Part shown: positions 23,514 to 34,432 of the stretch, in pieces
Layout: each line of letters starts with the position of its first letter
Position numbering within the stretch: the stretch's first letter is position 1
DNA from: Rhodospirillales bacterium
Lineage (GTDB): Bacteria > Pseudomonadota > Alphaproteobacteria > Rhodospirillales > 2-12-FULL-67-15
NCBI GenBank assembly: GCA_016872535.1
Contig: VGZQ01000004.1
Coordinates: 2,626-66,625 of the forward strand
Direction of reading: 5' to 3'
Length of the DNA: 64,000 nt
Position numbers and translations under genes: made by a program
The notes under the pieces: generated by a model
The model's input: the letters and a program-made list of their open reading frames with translations, nothing else
The model's database searches: none
What the model was told of the DNA's origin: nothing

Positions 23514-24584
23514 ATGCGCGTACCTGGGAAATCCCGCAACGCCGCCGCCCTCTGCCTCGGTGCCGCCTTGGCCGCCGCTCTGCCGTTTGCCCTCCAGGCC
23601 GCCGACAAGGGCGCCTATGTCGGCATCGGCGTCGGCCCCAACTGGACCCGGGATTCCGACATCACCGGCAACGCCATCAACAACACCGCCGACTTCGACA
23701 CCGGCATTGCCGCCGCGTTGAGCGCGGGCTGGGCCTACGGCAACGGCGTGCGTTCGGAAATCGAAATCGGCCATCGCCGCAACGACGTCGATTCCATTAC
23801 CGGCGTGACCAACGGTACCGGCCACGCAAGAGCCTGGAGCGGCATGCTCAACGTCCTCTACGACTTCAACACCAATTCGCCGTTCACGCCCTACATCGGC
23901 GGTGGCATCGGCATGGCACGGGTCGACGGCAAAGGCAGCGCAGTCGGCACCACCAGCGTCAACGATTCCGAAAACGCTTTTGCCTACCAAGGCATCGTCG
24001 GCGTCGGCTACCGCCTCAACGAAAACGCGACTCTCTTCACCGACTACCGCTATTTCGCGACGAGGGATCTGGACTACATCACCGCCGACGGCAGGTCGGT
24101 GGACGCCGATTACGGCAACCACACGGTGCTGATCGGGCTCCGCTACAATTTTGCCCCGCCGAAGCCTGCGCCCAAGGAAGAGCCAAAACCGGCCGCCGCC
24201 CCGGTCGCGCCGCCGCCGCCGGCGCCGGCACCCGCGCCCGCCGCGCGGGTGACTCCACGCAACTATCTGGTGTTTTTCGATTGGGACAAGGCCGACCTGA
24301 CGGCCGAGGCGAAGCAGACCATCGCCCAGGCCGCGGCCGACGCCAAGAAGGGCAACGTCGCGCGCATCCGCGCCACCGGCCACGCCGACCGCTCGGGTCC
24401 CGACGCCTACAACATGCGGCTTTCCATGCGCCGCGCGGTCGCGGTCAAGGCGGAACTGGTCCGGCTCGGCGTCGCCGACAAGGACATCGCGCTCGTTGCC
24501 AAGGGCGAGACCGAACCGCTGGTGCCGACGCCCGACGGCGTGCGCGAGCCGCAGAACCGGCGCGTCGAGATCGTCTTCCAGTAA
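23514..24584 (+). CDS. OmpA family outer-membrane protein (beta-barrel + Pro-rich linker + OmpA_C)
   Basis: Signal peptide, then a porin-like N-domain ending in aromatic residues. Linker APPKPAPKEEPKPAAAPVAPPPPAPAPAPA. C-terminal OmpA motif (TGHADRSGPDAYNMRLSMRRA...NRRVEI). Confidence 0.85.
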   Translation: MRVPGKSRNAAALCLGAALAAALPFALQAADKGAYVGIGVGPNWTRDSDITGNAINNTADFDTGIAAALSAGWAYGNGVRSEIEIGHRRNDVDSITGVTNGTGHARAWSGMLNVLYDFNTNSPFTPYIGGGIGMARVDGKGSAVGTTSVNDSENAFAYQGIVGVGYRLNENATLFTDYRYFATRDLDYITADGRSVDADYGNHTVLIGLRYNFAPPKPAPKEEPKPAAAPVAPPPPAPAPAPAARVTPRNYLVFFDWDKADLTAEAKQTIAQAAADAKKGNVARIRATGHADRSGPDAYNMRLSMRRAVAVKAELVRLGVADKDIALVAKGETEPLVPTPDGVREPQNRRVEIVFQ

Positions 24585-24622
24585 GTCGAACAGAGAAAGT
24601 CGGGAGAGGAACGAGCGCGAAA

Positions 24623-25075
24623 TCAGCGTTCGGCCGAATCGCGTGCGCCGCATTCGGCGAATTCATGCCGGCCGGCGAATTCGGGTCCGGCGACGAACGC
24701 CAGGAATTCGGACCCGCTCATGATCAGCACCCGGTCGAGCACGCGGGCGGTCCCGACGCAAAAATCCGTCTTTTCCACCGCGCTGCGCGTCGCCGCTTCA
24801 TTGGCGAGCGCGGTGACAAACTGGCCGAGCCGAGTATCGCCGGCGGTGCCGTAGGCCTGGCGGAAGATTCGTTTGAGGACGACGCCATTGGCCGCGATTT
24901 CGGCCTGGAAGCGACGAACCCAGGTGTTGTAGCGGGCGGCTTCCTCGCAGGCCAGCGCCGATACCATCAACTCGCTCTGCAACGCCTTGGAATTGAGTGC
25001 GGCTTCGTCGCCGGGCCGGAGGCAGACGGACGCCTGCGCGCCGGCGCTCGCGGTCAACGCAAACAACAACGCCAT
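24623..25075 (-). CDS. secreted hypothetical protein (4 Cys)
   Basis: 150 aa from ATG 25075 with signal peptide MALLFALTASAGAQA. No family recognised. Confidence 0.5.
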   Translation of the reverse strand: MALLFALTASAGAQASVCLRPGDEAALNSKALQSELMVSALACEEAARYNTWVRRFQAEIAANGVVLKRIFRQAYGTAGDTRLGQFVTALANEAATRSAVEKTDFCVGTARVLDRVLIMSGSEFLAFVAGPEFAGRHEFAECGARDSAER

Positions 25076-25297
25076 TATGGTTAACCGGACCGTTGTCCGA
25101 AGTCGTCCGCGCGACGCCACCGCTGCCCGCCCCCGAAATTATTTCTTATGACGAATCAAGACTATGCCGGAACGCGGATTCCCCGCAACCGAAAAACGCC
25201 GAGAGGAGGCATGGTTAACCGCCCTTTTGCCGCCCGGCCGCTTGGGGTAGGGTAGCGCCCGTCGTCAACCTGCCGCGCCGGCGCGGTATTGAAAATC

Positions 25298-26449
25298 ATG
25301 TCCAAGTTCAGGACGCGGGCTGTCGTTGCGGTCATCGCCCTCGTCGCGATCACCGGCGGACTCTATTACATCTCGCGCGCCGAAAGCGCCCCCAAGAACG
25401 CGTCCAAGGGCCCGCCGCCGGCGCCGGTCCTGGTCGCCAAGGCCGAGACGGCCGACGTGCCGGTGGTCCTTACCGCCATCGGCACCGTCCAGGCGCGCGC
25501 CTCGGTCGCGGTCAAGTCGCGGGTCGACGGCCACATCCTGGAAACCCACTTCCGCGAAGGCCAAACAGTCGCCAAGGGCGATCTGCTGATCCGCATCGAC
25601 CCGCGCCCGTTCGCCGCGCAACTCAAGCAGGCCGAGGCCAACGTCGCGCGTGACCGCGCCCAACTCGCCAAGGTGCGCGCCGATCTCACCCGCTACGGCC
25701 AGCTTTCCGAGCGCGGCGTCGCCTCGGTCCAAAGGCACGAGGAAGCCCAGGCGGCGGCCAACTCGCTCGAAGCCACCATCCGCGCCGGCGAGGCAGCGAT
25801 CGAACTTGCACGCCTCCAGCTCGAATACAGCGCGATCCGGTCGCCGATCGACGGCCGCGCCGGCAGCCTTCTGGTGTCGGTCGGCAACCTGGTGCGCGGC
25901 ACCGACGCCGCGCCCTTAGTGGTGATCAACGAAACCCGCCCGGTCTACGTCTCGTTCACGTTGCCCGAACAGCATCTGGCCGAAATCCGTAGGCGCACCA
26001 GCCAGGGTGGCATGACCATCGAGGCGCGCCCGTCCGAGGACCCCGGCCCGCCCGCGACCGGCAACGTCGATTTCGTCAACAACGCGGTCGACCCCGCAAC
26101 CGGCTCGATCGGGTTGCGCGCCACCGTCGCCAACGAGGACGAACGCCTGTTGCCCGGCCAGTTCGCCCACGTGCGCGTGACCATGGATACCCTTAAGAGC
26201 GCGACCGTCGTTCCCGCCCAGGCGATCCAGAACAGCCAGAAGGGTCAGTTCGTGTTCGTCCTCAAGGCGGGCACCATCAAGGACAACCAGGGCGAGGTCG
26301 AGCAACGCTACGTCAAGACCGGCGTCACGCACCAGGACATCATCGTCGTGCGCGAGGGCCTGGCCGCGGGCGAGACGGTCGTCACCGAAGGCCAGCTCCG
26401 CCTGCAGCCGGGCAGCCGGGTGGTGATGCGTCCGCCGACGACGTCCTGA
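25298..26449 (+). CDS. RND efflux periplasmic adaptor (membrane fusion protein)
   Basis: N-terminal anchor plus coiled-coil and barrel-sandwich motifs (DPRPFAAQLKQAEAN..., SPIDGRAG). 19 nt upstream of the RND permease. ATG 25298 is preferred over TTG 25289. Confidence 0.85.
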   Translation: MSKFRTRAVVAVIALVAITGGLYYISRAESAPKNASKGPPPAPVLVAKAETADVPVVLTAIGTVQARASVAVKSRVDGHILETHFREGQTVAKGDLLIRIDPRPFAAQLKQAEANVARDRAQLAKVRADLTRYGQLSERGVASVQRHEEAQAAANSLEATIRAGEAAIELARLQLEYSAIRSPIDGRAGSLLVSVGNLVRGTDAAPLVVINETRPVYVSFTLPEQHLAEIRRRTSQGGMTIEARPSEDPGPPATGNVDFVNNAVDPATGSIGLRATVANEDERLLPGQFAHVRVTMDTLKSATVVPAQAIQNSQKGQFVFVLKAGTIKDNQGEVEQRYVKTGVTHQDIIVVREGLAAGETVVTEGQLRLQPGSRVVMRPPTTS

Positions 26450-26468
26450 GATCGGGATCGGGCGAGCC

Positions 26469-29400
26469 ATGAACCTTCCCGAAATGTGCATCCGCCGACC
26501 GGTGATGACGACGCTGATGATGGCGTCGTTCGTCGCCTTCGGCCTGCTCGCCTACCGCCTGCTGCCGGTGAGCGAGTTGCCCAACGTCGATTTCCCGACC
26601 GTCGAGGTTTCGGCGCGGCTGCCCGGCGCCAATCCGGAATCAATGGCGTCCTCGGTGGCGACGCCGCTGGAAAGCCAGTTTTCGCGCATCGCCGGGGTCG
26701 AATCGATGACCTCGGTGAGTACCCACGGCATTAGCCGGATCACCATCCAGTTCGCGCTCGACCGCGACATCGACGCCGCCTCGCTCGACGTGCAATCGGC
26801 GATCTCGACTGCGCTCCGCAGCTTGCCGCCCGAAATGCCGGCGCCACCCTCGTTCCGCAAGCTCAATCCGTCCGATTTCGCCATCATCTTCATCGGCCTC
26901 TCATCCGATATCTTGCCGCTGTCGGCGATCAACGAATACGCCGATCCCGTGCTGGCGCAGCGGATTTCGACCATCGACGGCGTCGCCCAAGTCAGCGTCT
27001 TCGGCGCCCAGAAATACGCGGTCCGGGTCCAGGTCAATCCCGACGCGCTGGCCGCGCGCGGGCTCGGCATCGAAGACATCGCCCGCACCATCCGCGCCGG
27101 CAACACCAACCAGCCGACCGGAACGTTGAGCGGGTCGCACCGCGTTTTCACCATCGAAACCACCGGCAAATTGTCCCAGGCGGCGGGCTATGCCGAGGAA
27201 ATCGTCGCTTGGCGCGGCGGTGCGCCGATCCGGCTCAAGGAAGTCGCCACCGTTATCGATTCGGTCGAGAACAACCGAATCGCGACCTCGGTCGGCGACA
27301 AGCGCGCGGTGGTGCTGGCGGTCTACCGCCAGCCCGGCAGCAATACGGTGAAGATCGCCGACGCGGTCAGGGAAACCCTGCCCGCGTTCCGCCAGATGCT
27401 GCCGCCGTCGGTCAACCTGACCGTGATGTACGACCGTTCGGTCCTGATCCGCGAATCGATCAACGACGTGCAGTTCACGCTGGTGCTGGCGGCGTCGCTG
27501 GTGGTGATGGTGATCTTCCTGTTCCTGCGCAACCTGTCCGCGACCTTGATCGCCAGCCTTGCGCTCCCGATTTCGGTGATCGGCACATTCGCGCTGATAT
27601 ATCCGTTCGGGTTCAGCCTCAACAACCTGTCGCTGATGGCGCTGACGCTGGCGGTCGGGTTCGTGGTCGACGACGCCATTGTCATGCTCGAAAACATCGT
27701 CCGCCACATGGAGCGGGGCGAAAAACCGATGGAAGCGGCGCTCAAGGGCTCGCGCGAGATCGGCTTCACGATTCTCTCCATGACCGTCTCGCTGGTCGCC
27801 GTATTCATCCCAATCGCGTTCATGGGCGGCATCGTCGGGCGCCTGCTGCACGAATTCGCCGTCACCATCAGCGCGGCGATCCTGGTGTCGGGCTTCGTCT
27901 CGCTGACGCTGACGCCGATGATGTGCGCGCGCTTCCTGAAGCCCGAATCCGAGGTCAAGCACGGCCGGCTATACACCGTCACCGAGCGGGCTTTCGAGCG
28001 CCTGCTCGCGCTCTACCGCGTGACCCTCGACTGGTCGCTCAAGCACCACCGCGTCACCTTCGCCACCTTCCTCGCCACCATCGCCGGCACCGGGCTGCTC
28101 TACGTCGTGGTCGCCAAGGATTTCCTGCCGAGCGAGGATTCGGGGCGCCTGTTCGCCTTCACCGAGGGCGCCCAGGACACCTCGTTCGACTCCATGTTCC
28201 GGCTGCAATCCCAGGTCGCGGCGATCGTCGCCGCCGATCCGGCGGTCCGGACCCTGATGTCCTCGGTCGGTGCCAGCGGCAACCGCGTCACCACCAACAC
28301 CGGGCTGATCTTCATCGCCCTCAAGCCGCGCAAGGAGCGCAAGGATTCCGCCGACGAAGTGATGAAGCGCCTGCGCCCCAAGCTGAACCAGATTCCCGGC
28401 ATCCGCGTGTTCGTGCAAAACCCGCCGGTGATCCGGGTCGGCGGGCGCCTCAGCAAGGCGCAGTACGAGTACACCCTGCAGAGCCTCGACCTCGACGAAC
28501 TCTACAAGTGGGCCGGCATCCTGGAGGAGCGTTTCCGCAGCCTTCCCGCCCTGGTCGACGTCAACAGCGACCTCGCCGTCACCAGCCCGACGGCGGTGGT
28601 CAACATCAACCGCGCCAAGGCGGCGACGCTCGGGATTTCCGCCGAACAGGTGGAAACCGCGCTCGCCAGCGCCTTCGGCACCCGCCAGGTGTCGACCATT
28701 TACACCGCGGCCAACCAGTATCCGGTCATCATCGAGGTCGATCCCAGGCATCAACTCGATCCCTCGGCGCTGTCGCGCCTGTACCTCCGCTCCTCGACCG
28801 GACAGTTGGTGGCGCTGGACGCGATCGCGTCGATCACCCAAAACGTCGGGCCCCTGACCATCAACCATCAGGCCCAGTTGCCGTCGGTGACGATCGCGTT
28901 CAATCTGGCGCCGGGCATCGCGCTCGGCACCGCGTCCGACCAGATCCGCGCGCTCGAGCGCGAACTGCGCATGCCGCCGACCGTCGCCGGCGCCTTCGCC
29001 GGCTCGGCGGACGCGTTCCAGAAGTCGCTCCAGGGCATGGGCTGGCTGCTGGCGCTCGCCATCTTCGTCGTCTACGTCGCCCTCGGTATCCTTTACGAAA
29101 GCTTCATTCACCCGCTGACAATCCTGTCGGGCCTGCCGAGCGCCGGCGTCGGCGCGCTTTTGGTGCTGATCCTGTTCGGCACGCCGCTCAGCCTTTATTC
29201 CTTCATCGGCATCATCATGCTGGTCGGCATCGTCAAGAAGAACGCGATCATGATGATCGATTTCGCGATCGAGGCGCAGCGCCGCGAGGGCAAGGCGCCG
29301 GCCGAGGCCATCCGCCAAGCCTGCCTGATCCGGTTCCGCCCGATCATGATGACGACCATGGCGGCGTTCATGGGCTCGTTGCCGCTGGCCGTCGGCATCG

Positions 29401-29591
29401 GCGCCGGCAGCGACGCGCGCCAGCCGTTGGGACTGGCCGTCGTCGGCGGGCTTCTGGTGTCCCAAATCCTGACCCTCTACATCACGCCGGTACTCTATCT
29501 CTATCTCGAGCGCGCACAGGAACGGCTGAGCGCCCGCCCGGTGCCCGAGATCGACGGCGCGATCGACGGCACGCAAAAACCCGCCGAATAG
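26469..29591 (+). CDS. RND family efflux permease (AcrB/MdtB/MdtC-like)
   Basis: 1040 aa with 12-TM RND architecture and an N-terminus CIRRPVMTTLMM typical of the family. Confidence 0.9.
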   Translation: MNLPEMCIRRPVMTTLMMASFVAFGLLAYRLLPVSELPNVDFPTVEVSARLPGANPESMASSVATPLESQFSRIAGVESMTSVSTHGISRITIQFALDRDIDAASLDVQSAISTALRSLPPEMPAPPSFRKLNPSDFAIIFIGLSSDILPLSAINEYADPVLAQRISTIDGVAQVSVFGAQKYAVRVQVNPDALAARGLGIEDIARTIRAGNTNQPTGTLSGSHRVFTIETTGKLSQAAGYAEEIVAWRGGAPIRLKEVATVIDSVENNRIATSVGDKRAVVLAVYRQPGSNTVKIADAVRETLPAFRQMLPPSVNLTVMYDRSVLIRESINDVQFTLVLAASLVVMVIFLFLRNLSATLIASLALPISVIGTFALIYPFGFSLNNLSLMALTLAVGFVVDDAIVMLENIVRHMERGEKPMEAALKGSREIGFTILSMTVSLVAVFIPIAFMGGIVGRLLHEFAVTISAAILVSGFVSLTLTPMMCARFLKPESEVKHGRLYTVTERAFERLLALYRVTLDWSLKHHRVTFATFLATIAGTGLLYVVVAKDFLPSEDSGRLFAFTEGAQDTSFDSMFRLQSQVAAIVAADPAVRTLMSSVGASGNRVTTNTGLIFIALKPRKERKDSADEVMKRLRPKLNQIPGIRVFVQNPPVIRVGGRLSKAQYEYTLQSLDLDELYKWAGILEERFRSLPALVDVNSDLAVTSPTAVVNINRAKAATLGISAEQVETALASAFGTRQVSTIYTAANQYPVIIEVDPRHQLDPSALSRLYLRSSTGQLVALDAIASITQNVGPLTINHQAQLPSVTIAFNLAPGIALGTASDQIRALERELRMPPTVAGAFAGSADAFQKSLQGMGWLLALAIFVVYVALGILYESFIHPLTILSGLPSAGVGALLVLILFGTPLSLYSFIGIIMLVGIVKKNAIMMIDFAIEAQRREGKAPAEAIRQACLIRFRPIMMTTMAAFMGSLPLAVGIGAGSDARQPLGLAVVGGLLVSQILTLYITPVLYLYLERAQERLSARPVPEIDGAIDGTQKPAE

Positions 29592-29733
29592 CATTCGATT
29601 ACCCTATCTGGTTGTGGATTTCTGATCGGGGCACACATGTTGGGTTGGAGCCTGTAGCGAATCGGGCTAGGATTTCGCCGCCGTTCCGCGCGGGGATCGT
29701 TTCGCGCGGGTGGCTTGCGAAAGGACTGCAGGA

Positions 29734-29940
29734 ATGCCGCAAGGTACGGTCAAGTGGTTCAATCCGACCAAGCGCTTTGGGTTCATCGAACCCGAGGGCG
29801 GCGCGAAGGACGTCTTCGTGCACATGTCGGCGGTGGAAAAAGCCGGGCTCAAGACCCTGTCCGAAGGACAAAAGGTCAAGTTCGAGCTGGCGACCGACGA
29901 CAAGGGCAAAGTGTCGGCCGTGAACCTGTCGCTCGCCTAA
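29734..29940 (+). CDS. cspA: cold-shock protein CspA family
   Basis: 68 aa with [15 protein letters not shown] (RNP1) and VFVH (RNP2). Confidence 0.9.
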   Translation: MPQGTVKWFNPTKRFGFIEPEGGAKDVFVHMSAVEKAGLKTLSEGQKVKFELATDDKGKVSAVNLSLA

Positions 29941-30032
29941 GGCCCAATCCGCATCGACGGAATCGGCCCCCCCGAATCCCGGTCCCGCCGGCCGGGGCGG
30001 CTTTGCGTGTGTCCTCGGCACGGCGTGCGTCC

Positions 30033-31070
30033 ATGAAAGTCTCCGATTTCGATTTCGATCTGCCGGCCCGCCTGATCGCGCAAGCGCCGATAGCGCCGCG
30101 CGACGCCTCGCGGATGCTGGTGATCGAGGACACGTCGATCGAGGACGCCTGGGTTCGCGACCTGCCGGGGCGGCTCGACCCCGGTGACCTGCTCGTCGTC
30201 AACGACACCCGCGTCATTCCCGCCCGGCTTGCGGGCCGGATCGACAAGGCCGTGGCCGAGGCGACCCTGATCAGGCGCGAGGGTCCGGCACGCTGGCGCG
30301 CGCTCGCCAAGCCGGGACGCAAGTTCAAGCCGGGCGCGCGGGTCGAATTCGCGCCCGATCTCTCGGCCGAAGTCGTCGGCCGGGGCGACGGCGGCGACGT
30401 GACGCTCGCGTTCGACCGCAGCGGCGCCGCGCTCGACGCCGCGCTCGCGCGCCACGGAATCATGCCGCTGCCCCCCTACATCAAGCGGCCCAAGACCGGC
30501 GATCCCGCCGACCGGCGCGATTACCAGACCCTGTTCGCCGCCCGCGACGGCGCGGTCGCGGCGCCGACCGCCGGGCTTCATTTCACGCCCGCGCTGGTCG
30601 ATGCGCTGCAAGCGCGCGGGGTCGCCATCGCCGTCGTGACCTTGCACGTGGGAGCGGGTACGTTCCTGCCGGTGAAAACCGAAACGGTGGAAGAGCACCG
30701 CATGCACGCCGAATGGGGCGAGGTGAGCGCAGCGACCGCGCACGCCGTCAACGCCGCGCGCGCGGCGGGCCGCCGGGTGGTCGCCGTCGGCTCGACCTCG
30801 CTCCGGCTGCTCGAATCGGCCGCCGCCGCGGACGGGGCCGTCGCCCCCTTCGCCGGCGAAACCGACATCTTCATCGTGCCCGGCTACCGCTTCAGGGTCG
30901 CCGACCGGATGCTGACCAATTTCCACCTGCCGCGCTCGACGTTGTTCATGCTGGTCTGCGCCTTCGCCGGAACCGAGATTATGAAACGCGCCTACGCCCA
31001 CGCGATCGAACGCGGCTACCGGTTCTACTCCTACGGCGATTGCTGCCTTCTGGGGCGGAACCCGGCGTGA
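30033..31070 (+). CDS. queA: S-adenosylmethionine:tRNA ribosyltransferase-isomerase
   Basis: 345 aa starting [17 protein letters not shown], with conserved GLHFT and SYGD motifs. Its stop overlaps the tgt start. Confidence 0.9.
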   Translation: MKVSDFDFDLPARLIAQAPIAPRDASRMLVIEDTSIEDAWVRDLPGRLDPGDLLVVNDTRVIPARLAGRIDKAVAEATLIRREGPARWRALAKPGRKFKPGARVEFAPDLSAEVVGRGDGGDVTLAFDRSGAALDAALARHGIMPLPPYIKRPKTGDPADRRDYQTLFAARDGAVAAPTAGLHFTPALVDALQARGVAIAVVTLHVGAGTFLPVKTETVEEHRMHAEWGEVSAATAHAVNAARAAGRRVVAVGSTSLRLLESAAAADGAVAPFAGETDIFIVPGYRFRVADRMLTNFHLPRSTLFMLVCAFAGTEIMKRAYAHAIERGYRFYSYGDCCLLGRNPA

Positions 31071-32191
31071 GCCTCGATTTCGCATTGCTCGCCCGTGACG
31101 GCCGCGCGCGACTTGGCCGGATCGAGACCGCGCACGGCCCGGTCGCCACGCCCGCCTTCATGCCGGTCGGCACCGCGGCAACGGTCAAGGCGATGACGGC
31201 GGATGCGGTGCGCGCCACGGGCGCCGAGATGGTGCTCGCCAACACCTACCACCTGATGCTGCGCCCGGGGGCCGAACGGATCGAGCGGCTCGGCGGCCTG
31301 CACCGGTTCATGGATTGGCCCGGGCCGATCCTGACCGATTCCGGCGGCTTCCAGGTGATGTCGCTCGCCAAGCTCCGCACGATCACCGAGGCGGGCGTCA
31401 CCTTCCAATCCCACGTCGACGGCAGCACTCACGAGCTTTCGCCCGAACGCGCGATGGATATTCAGCGCCAGCTCGGCGCCGACGTGACCATGGTGCTCGA
31501 CGAATGCACGCCCTTTCCCGCCGACGAGGCGACGGCGGCGGATTCCATGCGCCGGTCCATGCGCTGGGCGGCGCGGTCGAAGGATGCATTTGTCCGCAGG
31601 TCCGGCTACGGCCTGTTCGGGATCAATCAGGGCGGGGTTTACGAAAATTTGCGCCGGGAATCGGCCGAGGCGCTCAAGGCCATTGGTTTCGATGGCTACG
31701 CCGTCGGCGGGCTCGCGGTCGGCGAGGGCCAGGAAACGACTTTCCGGGTGCTCGATTTCACCCTGCCGCTGCTGCCCGAGGACCGGCCGCGCTATCTGAT
31801 GGGCGTCGGCAAGCCCGCCGACCTGGTGGGGGCGGTCGCGCGCGGCATCGACCTGTTCGACTGCGTGCTGCCGACCCGCTCGGGGCGGACCGAGCAGGCG
31901 TTCACCCGTTTCGGCCCGGTCACCCTTTCGAATGCCCGCCACCGGGACGACCCCCGGCCGTTGGACGACCGGTGCGCCTGCCCCGCCTGCCGCAAGCATT
32001 CGCGCGCCTATCTCCACCACCTCATCAACGCCAAGGAGATACTCGGCGCCATGCTGTTGACCTGGCACAACCTACACTATTATCAGGACCTGATGCGGGA
32101 GATGCGGACGGCTATCGCGGCCGGACGGTTCGCGGCGTTCGCGGAAACGTTCGCCGCCGAGCAGGAGAAAGGCGATATGCCGTCTTTGTGA
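31067..32191 (+). CDS. tgt: tRNA-guanine transglycosylase
   Basis: GTG 31067 (GTGA overlap with queA). Motifs TPAFMPVGT and DSGGFQV, and Zn site [17 protein letters not shown]. Confidence 0.9.
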   Translation: MSLDFALLARDGRARLGRIETAHGPVATPAFMPVGTAATVKAMTADAVRATGAEMVLANTYHLMLRPGAERIERLGGLHRFMDWPGPILTDSGGFQVMSLAKLRTITEAGVTFQSHVDGSTHELSPERAMDIQRQLGADVTMVLDECTPFPADEATAADSMRRSMRWAARSKDAFVRRSGYGLFGINQGGVYENLRRESAEALKAIGFDGYAVGGLAVGEGQETTFRVLDFTLPLLPEDRPRYLMGVGKPADLVGAVARGIDLFDCVLPTRSGRTEQAFTRFGPVTLSNARHRDDPRPLDDRCACPACRKHSRAYLHHLINAKEILGAMLLTWHNLHYYQDLMREMRTAIAAGRFAAFAETFAAEQEKGDMPSL

Positions 32192-32212
32192 ACCCACGCG
32201 GTGGCGCAAGGG

Positions 32213-32255
32213 TTGACCTCGATCTTGGCACCCTATAGTGTAACCTATAAGGTAA
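32213..32255 (+). promoter_or_regulatory. candidate higBA promoter and operator
   Basis: TTGACC-N15-TATAGT, with an overlapping inverted repeat TATAG-TGTAAC-CTATA just upstream of the higB RBS. Local GC is lower than in the flanks. Confidence 0.35.
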
Positions 32256-32259
32256 CGAA

Positions 32260-32538
32260 ATGCCGATTGCCAGTTTCCGGAATAAGGGGCTCCGGGAATT
32301 GTTCGAGACGGGACAGACCAGGCGGATCGCCGCGCCGTTTCACCGCAAGGCCGTGTTGATCCTCGATCTGTTGGACAACATGGAAAGCCCGGCGGATTGC
32401 GCGGGAGCGTGGAAGTTTCACGCCCTCAAGGGCGACCGGGAAGGAAGCTACGCCCTTTCGGTCTCGAAAAACTGGCGCATCACGTTTTCCTGGCGAAATA
32501 GCGCCGCCTGCGACCTCGATTTCGAGGACTACCACTGA
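32260..32538 (+). CDS. higB: HigB-type toxin (RelE/ParE superfamily, plasmid maintenance killer)
   Basis: 92 aa starting MPIASFRNKGLRELFETG, then ...HALKGDREGSYALSVSKNWRITF, the typical HigB/COG3549 pattern. Confidence 0.8.
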   Translation: MPIASFRNKGLRELFETGQTRRIAAPFHRKAVLILDLLDNMESPADCAGAWKFHALKGDREGSYALSVSKNWRITFSWRNSAACDLDFEDYH

Positions 32539-32549
32539 GAAGGCTTGGC

Positions 32550-32852
32550 ATGTTCAAGATCAAGCGCCGTCCGACGCCGCCGGGCACGATGCTGCGGGAA
32601 ATGTACTTAAAGCCGCGCCGCGTCTCGGTGGCCCGTTTCGCCGCCGCCGTGGGATGCTCGCGCAAGCACATGAGCGAGATCGTCAACGGCCGCGTCCGGC
32701 TGAAGCCGGACATGGCCGCGCGCATCGCCCGCGTTCTGGGAACCAGCGTCCGGCTGTGGATCAACCTGCAAGCCAACGTCGACGCCTTCGACGCCGAACG
32801 CGCGGCGCGGAAATGGAAGCCCTCGGCGACTTACCGCGCCCAGGCGGCGTGA
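32550..32852 (+). CDS. higA: HigA-type antitoxin (XRE HTH)
   Basis: 100 aa with PPGTMLREMYLKP...VARFAAAVGCSRKHMSEIVNGR...TSVRLWINLQ, the typical HigA/COG3093 pattern. Confidence 0.85.
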   Translation: MFKIKRRPTPPGTMLREMYLKPRRVSVARFAAAVGCSRKHMSEIVNGRVRLKPDMAARIARVLGTSVRLWINLQANVDAFDAERAARKWKPSATYRAQAA

Positions 32853-32858
32853 AGAGGC

Positions 32859-32892
32859 CTTCGCCGCCGATCAGGCGAAGAGCGATATTTTA
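32859..32892 (+). terminator. weak terminator after higA
   Basis: CTTCGCC-N8-GGCGAAG hairpin followed by AGCGATATTTTA. Confidence 0.4.
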
Positions 32893-32897
32893 CCGTT

Positions 32898-33374
32898 GTG
32901 ACACGGAAACCGGACATGGCGCGTAAGACCCGATTGACCCAACTCGGACGCCCGGCCCCGATCCCCGCCTCGCCCGACAAGGCGCGCCTGGAATGCGTCG
33001 CCAATCCGCACCCGGGTGAAACCTACCTCGTGCGCCTGGTCTGTCCCGAGTTCACTTCGCTCTGCCCGATCACCGGCCAGCCCGATTTCGCGCACCTGGT
33101 GGTCGACTACGCGCCCGGGCCCCGGATCGTCGAAAGCAAATCTTTCAAGCTTTATCTCGCCAGTTTCCGCAACGTGGGCGCCTTCCACGAGGACTGCACG
33201 CTCGCCATCGCCAAGAAAATCCGCGCCGCGGCCCGGCCGATGTGGCTGCGCATCGCCGGCTACTGGTATCCGCGCGGGGGCATTCCGATCGACGTGTTCT
33301 GGCAGTCGGGTCCGCCGCCCAAGGGGCTCTGGCTGCCCGATCCCGGCGTCGCGCCCTATCGCGGGCGCGGCTAG
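32898..33374 (+). CDS. queF: NADPH-dependent 7-cyano-7-deazaguanine (preQ0) reductase
   Basis: Motifs [14 protein letters not shown] and ESKSFKLYL. The start is either GTG 32898 or ATG 32916. Confidence 0.85.
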   Translation: MTRKPDMARKTRLTQLGRPAPIPASPDKARLECVANPHPGETYLVRLVCPEFTSLCPITGQPDFAHLVVDYAPGPRIVESKSFKLYLASFRNVGAFHEDCTLAIAKKIRAAARPMWLRIAGYWYPRGGIPIDVFWQSGPPPKGLWLPDPGVAPYRGRG

Positions 33375-33415
33375 TGAGCCGCGACATCGCGGGCGCGGCT
33401 AGAAGGGCGCGCGAC

Positions 33416-34432
33416 GTGCGGCGCGCTCTGATCCTTGTCGGAGTTCTGGTCATGAGCGCGTGCGCGAACCCGACCAACGCCCCCTTGCCGCCGCTCGACC
33501 CGGTCGAGCGGGACTTGCGAACGCGGCTCCAGGCCCACGTGGTCATGCTCGGCCTGACCATCGGCGAGCGCAACGCCTGGAAACCGGAGGGCGCCGAACG
33601 CGCCGCCCAATACATCGAAACGTCTTTCGCCGGAATCGGACTCGATCCCAAGCGCCTGCCCTACACTGTGCCCCGTTCGGCGGTCGGCGGGCCGTTCGGT
33701 TTCGTCGGCGCGCTCGCCGAGCGGCTGCCGGCCGAACAAACCCACGTCAATCTCGAAGCCGACATCGCCGGCAAGGCCAAAGCGAACGAGATCGTCGTGG
33801 TCGGCGCGCATTACGATTCGCTCCACGGCACCAAGGGCGCCAACGACAACGCGACCGGTGTCGCCGCCGTCCTGGAAATCGCGCGCGACCTGAGGGATTC
33901 GCGCCCCGCCCGCACCATCCGCTTCGTCGCCTTCGCCAACGAGGAACCGCCCTTCTTCAAGAGCGAGGCCATGGGCAGCCGCGTCTACGCGCGCGACGCG
34001 CGGGCGCGCGGCGACAATATCGTCGCCATGTTTTCGCTCGAAACCATCGGCTACTACTCGAATGCGCCGGGCAGCCAGCGAGCACCCTTCCCGCTCGGGC
34101 TCTTTTACCCCACCGCCGGCAACTTCGTCATATTCGTCGGGAATTTTTCGTCGCGCGCGCTGGTCAACCGGAGCGTCGCCGCGTTCCGCCGGGCGACGCC
34201 ATTTCCGGCCGAGCGTTTCTACGGCCCCGCCTTCATCCCCGGCGTCGACTGGTCGGACCAATGGAGTTTCTGGCGCGAAGGCTATCCGGGGGTGATGGTG
34301 ACCGACACCGCGCCCTACCGTTATCCCCACTATCACCTGGAGTCCGACACGCCGGACAAGATCGACTACGATTCGTTCGCCCGCGTGGTCGCCGGCCTAG
34401 TCGACGTGGTGCGCGCGGCGGCGAACGATTAG
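33416..34432 (+). CDS. M28 family metallopeptidase lipoprotein
   Basis: GTG 33416 gives the lipoprotein signal VRRALILVGVLVMSAC. Alternative start GTG 33374 overlaps the queF stop. Motifs VVVGAHYDS and GANDNATGVA are M28 signatures. Confidence 0.75.
   Translation: MRRALILVGVLVMSACANPTNAPLPPLDPVERDLRTRLQAHVVMLGLTIGERNAWKPEGAERAAQYIETSFAGIGLDPKRLPYTVPRSAVGGPFGFVGALAERLPAEQTHVNLEADIAGKAKANEIVVVGAHYDSLHGTKGANDNATGVAAVLEIARDLRDSRPARTIRFVAFANEEPPFFKSEAMGSRVYARDARARGDNIVAMFSLETIGYYSNAPGSQRAPFPLGLFYPTAGNFVIFVGNFSSRALVNRSVAAFRRATPFPAERFYGPAFIPGVDWSDQWSFWREGYPGVMVTDTAPYRYPHYHLESDTPDKIDYDSFARVVAGLVDVVRAAAND

Noticed and set aside
29592-29733. cspA-type RNA thermometer in the 140-nt leader of the cold-shock gene
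   Set aside because: A long leader is expected for csp genes, but I could not identify a cold-box or conserved structure by eye. This is left unannotated and needs a covariance-model scan.
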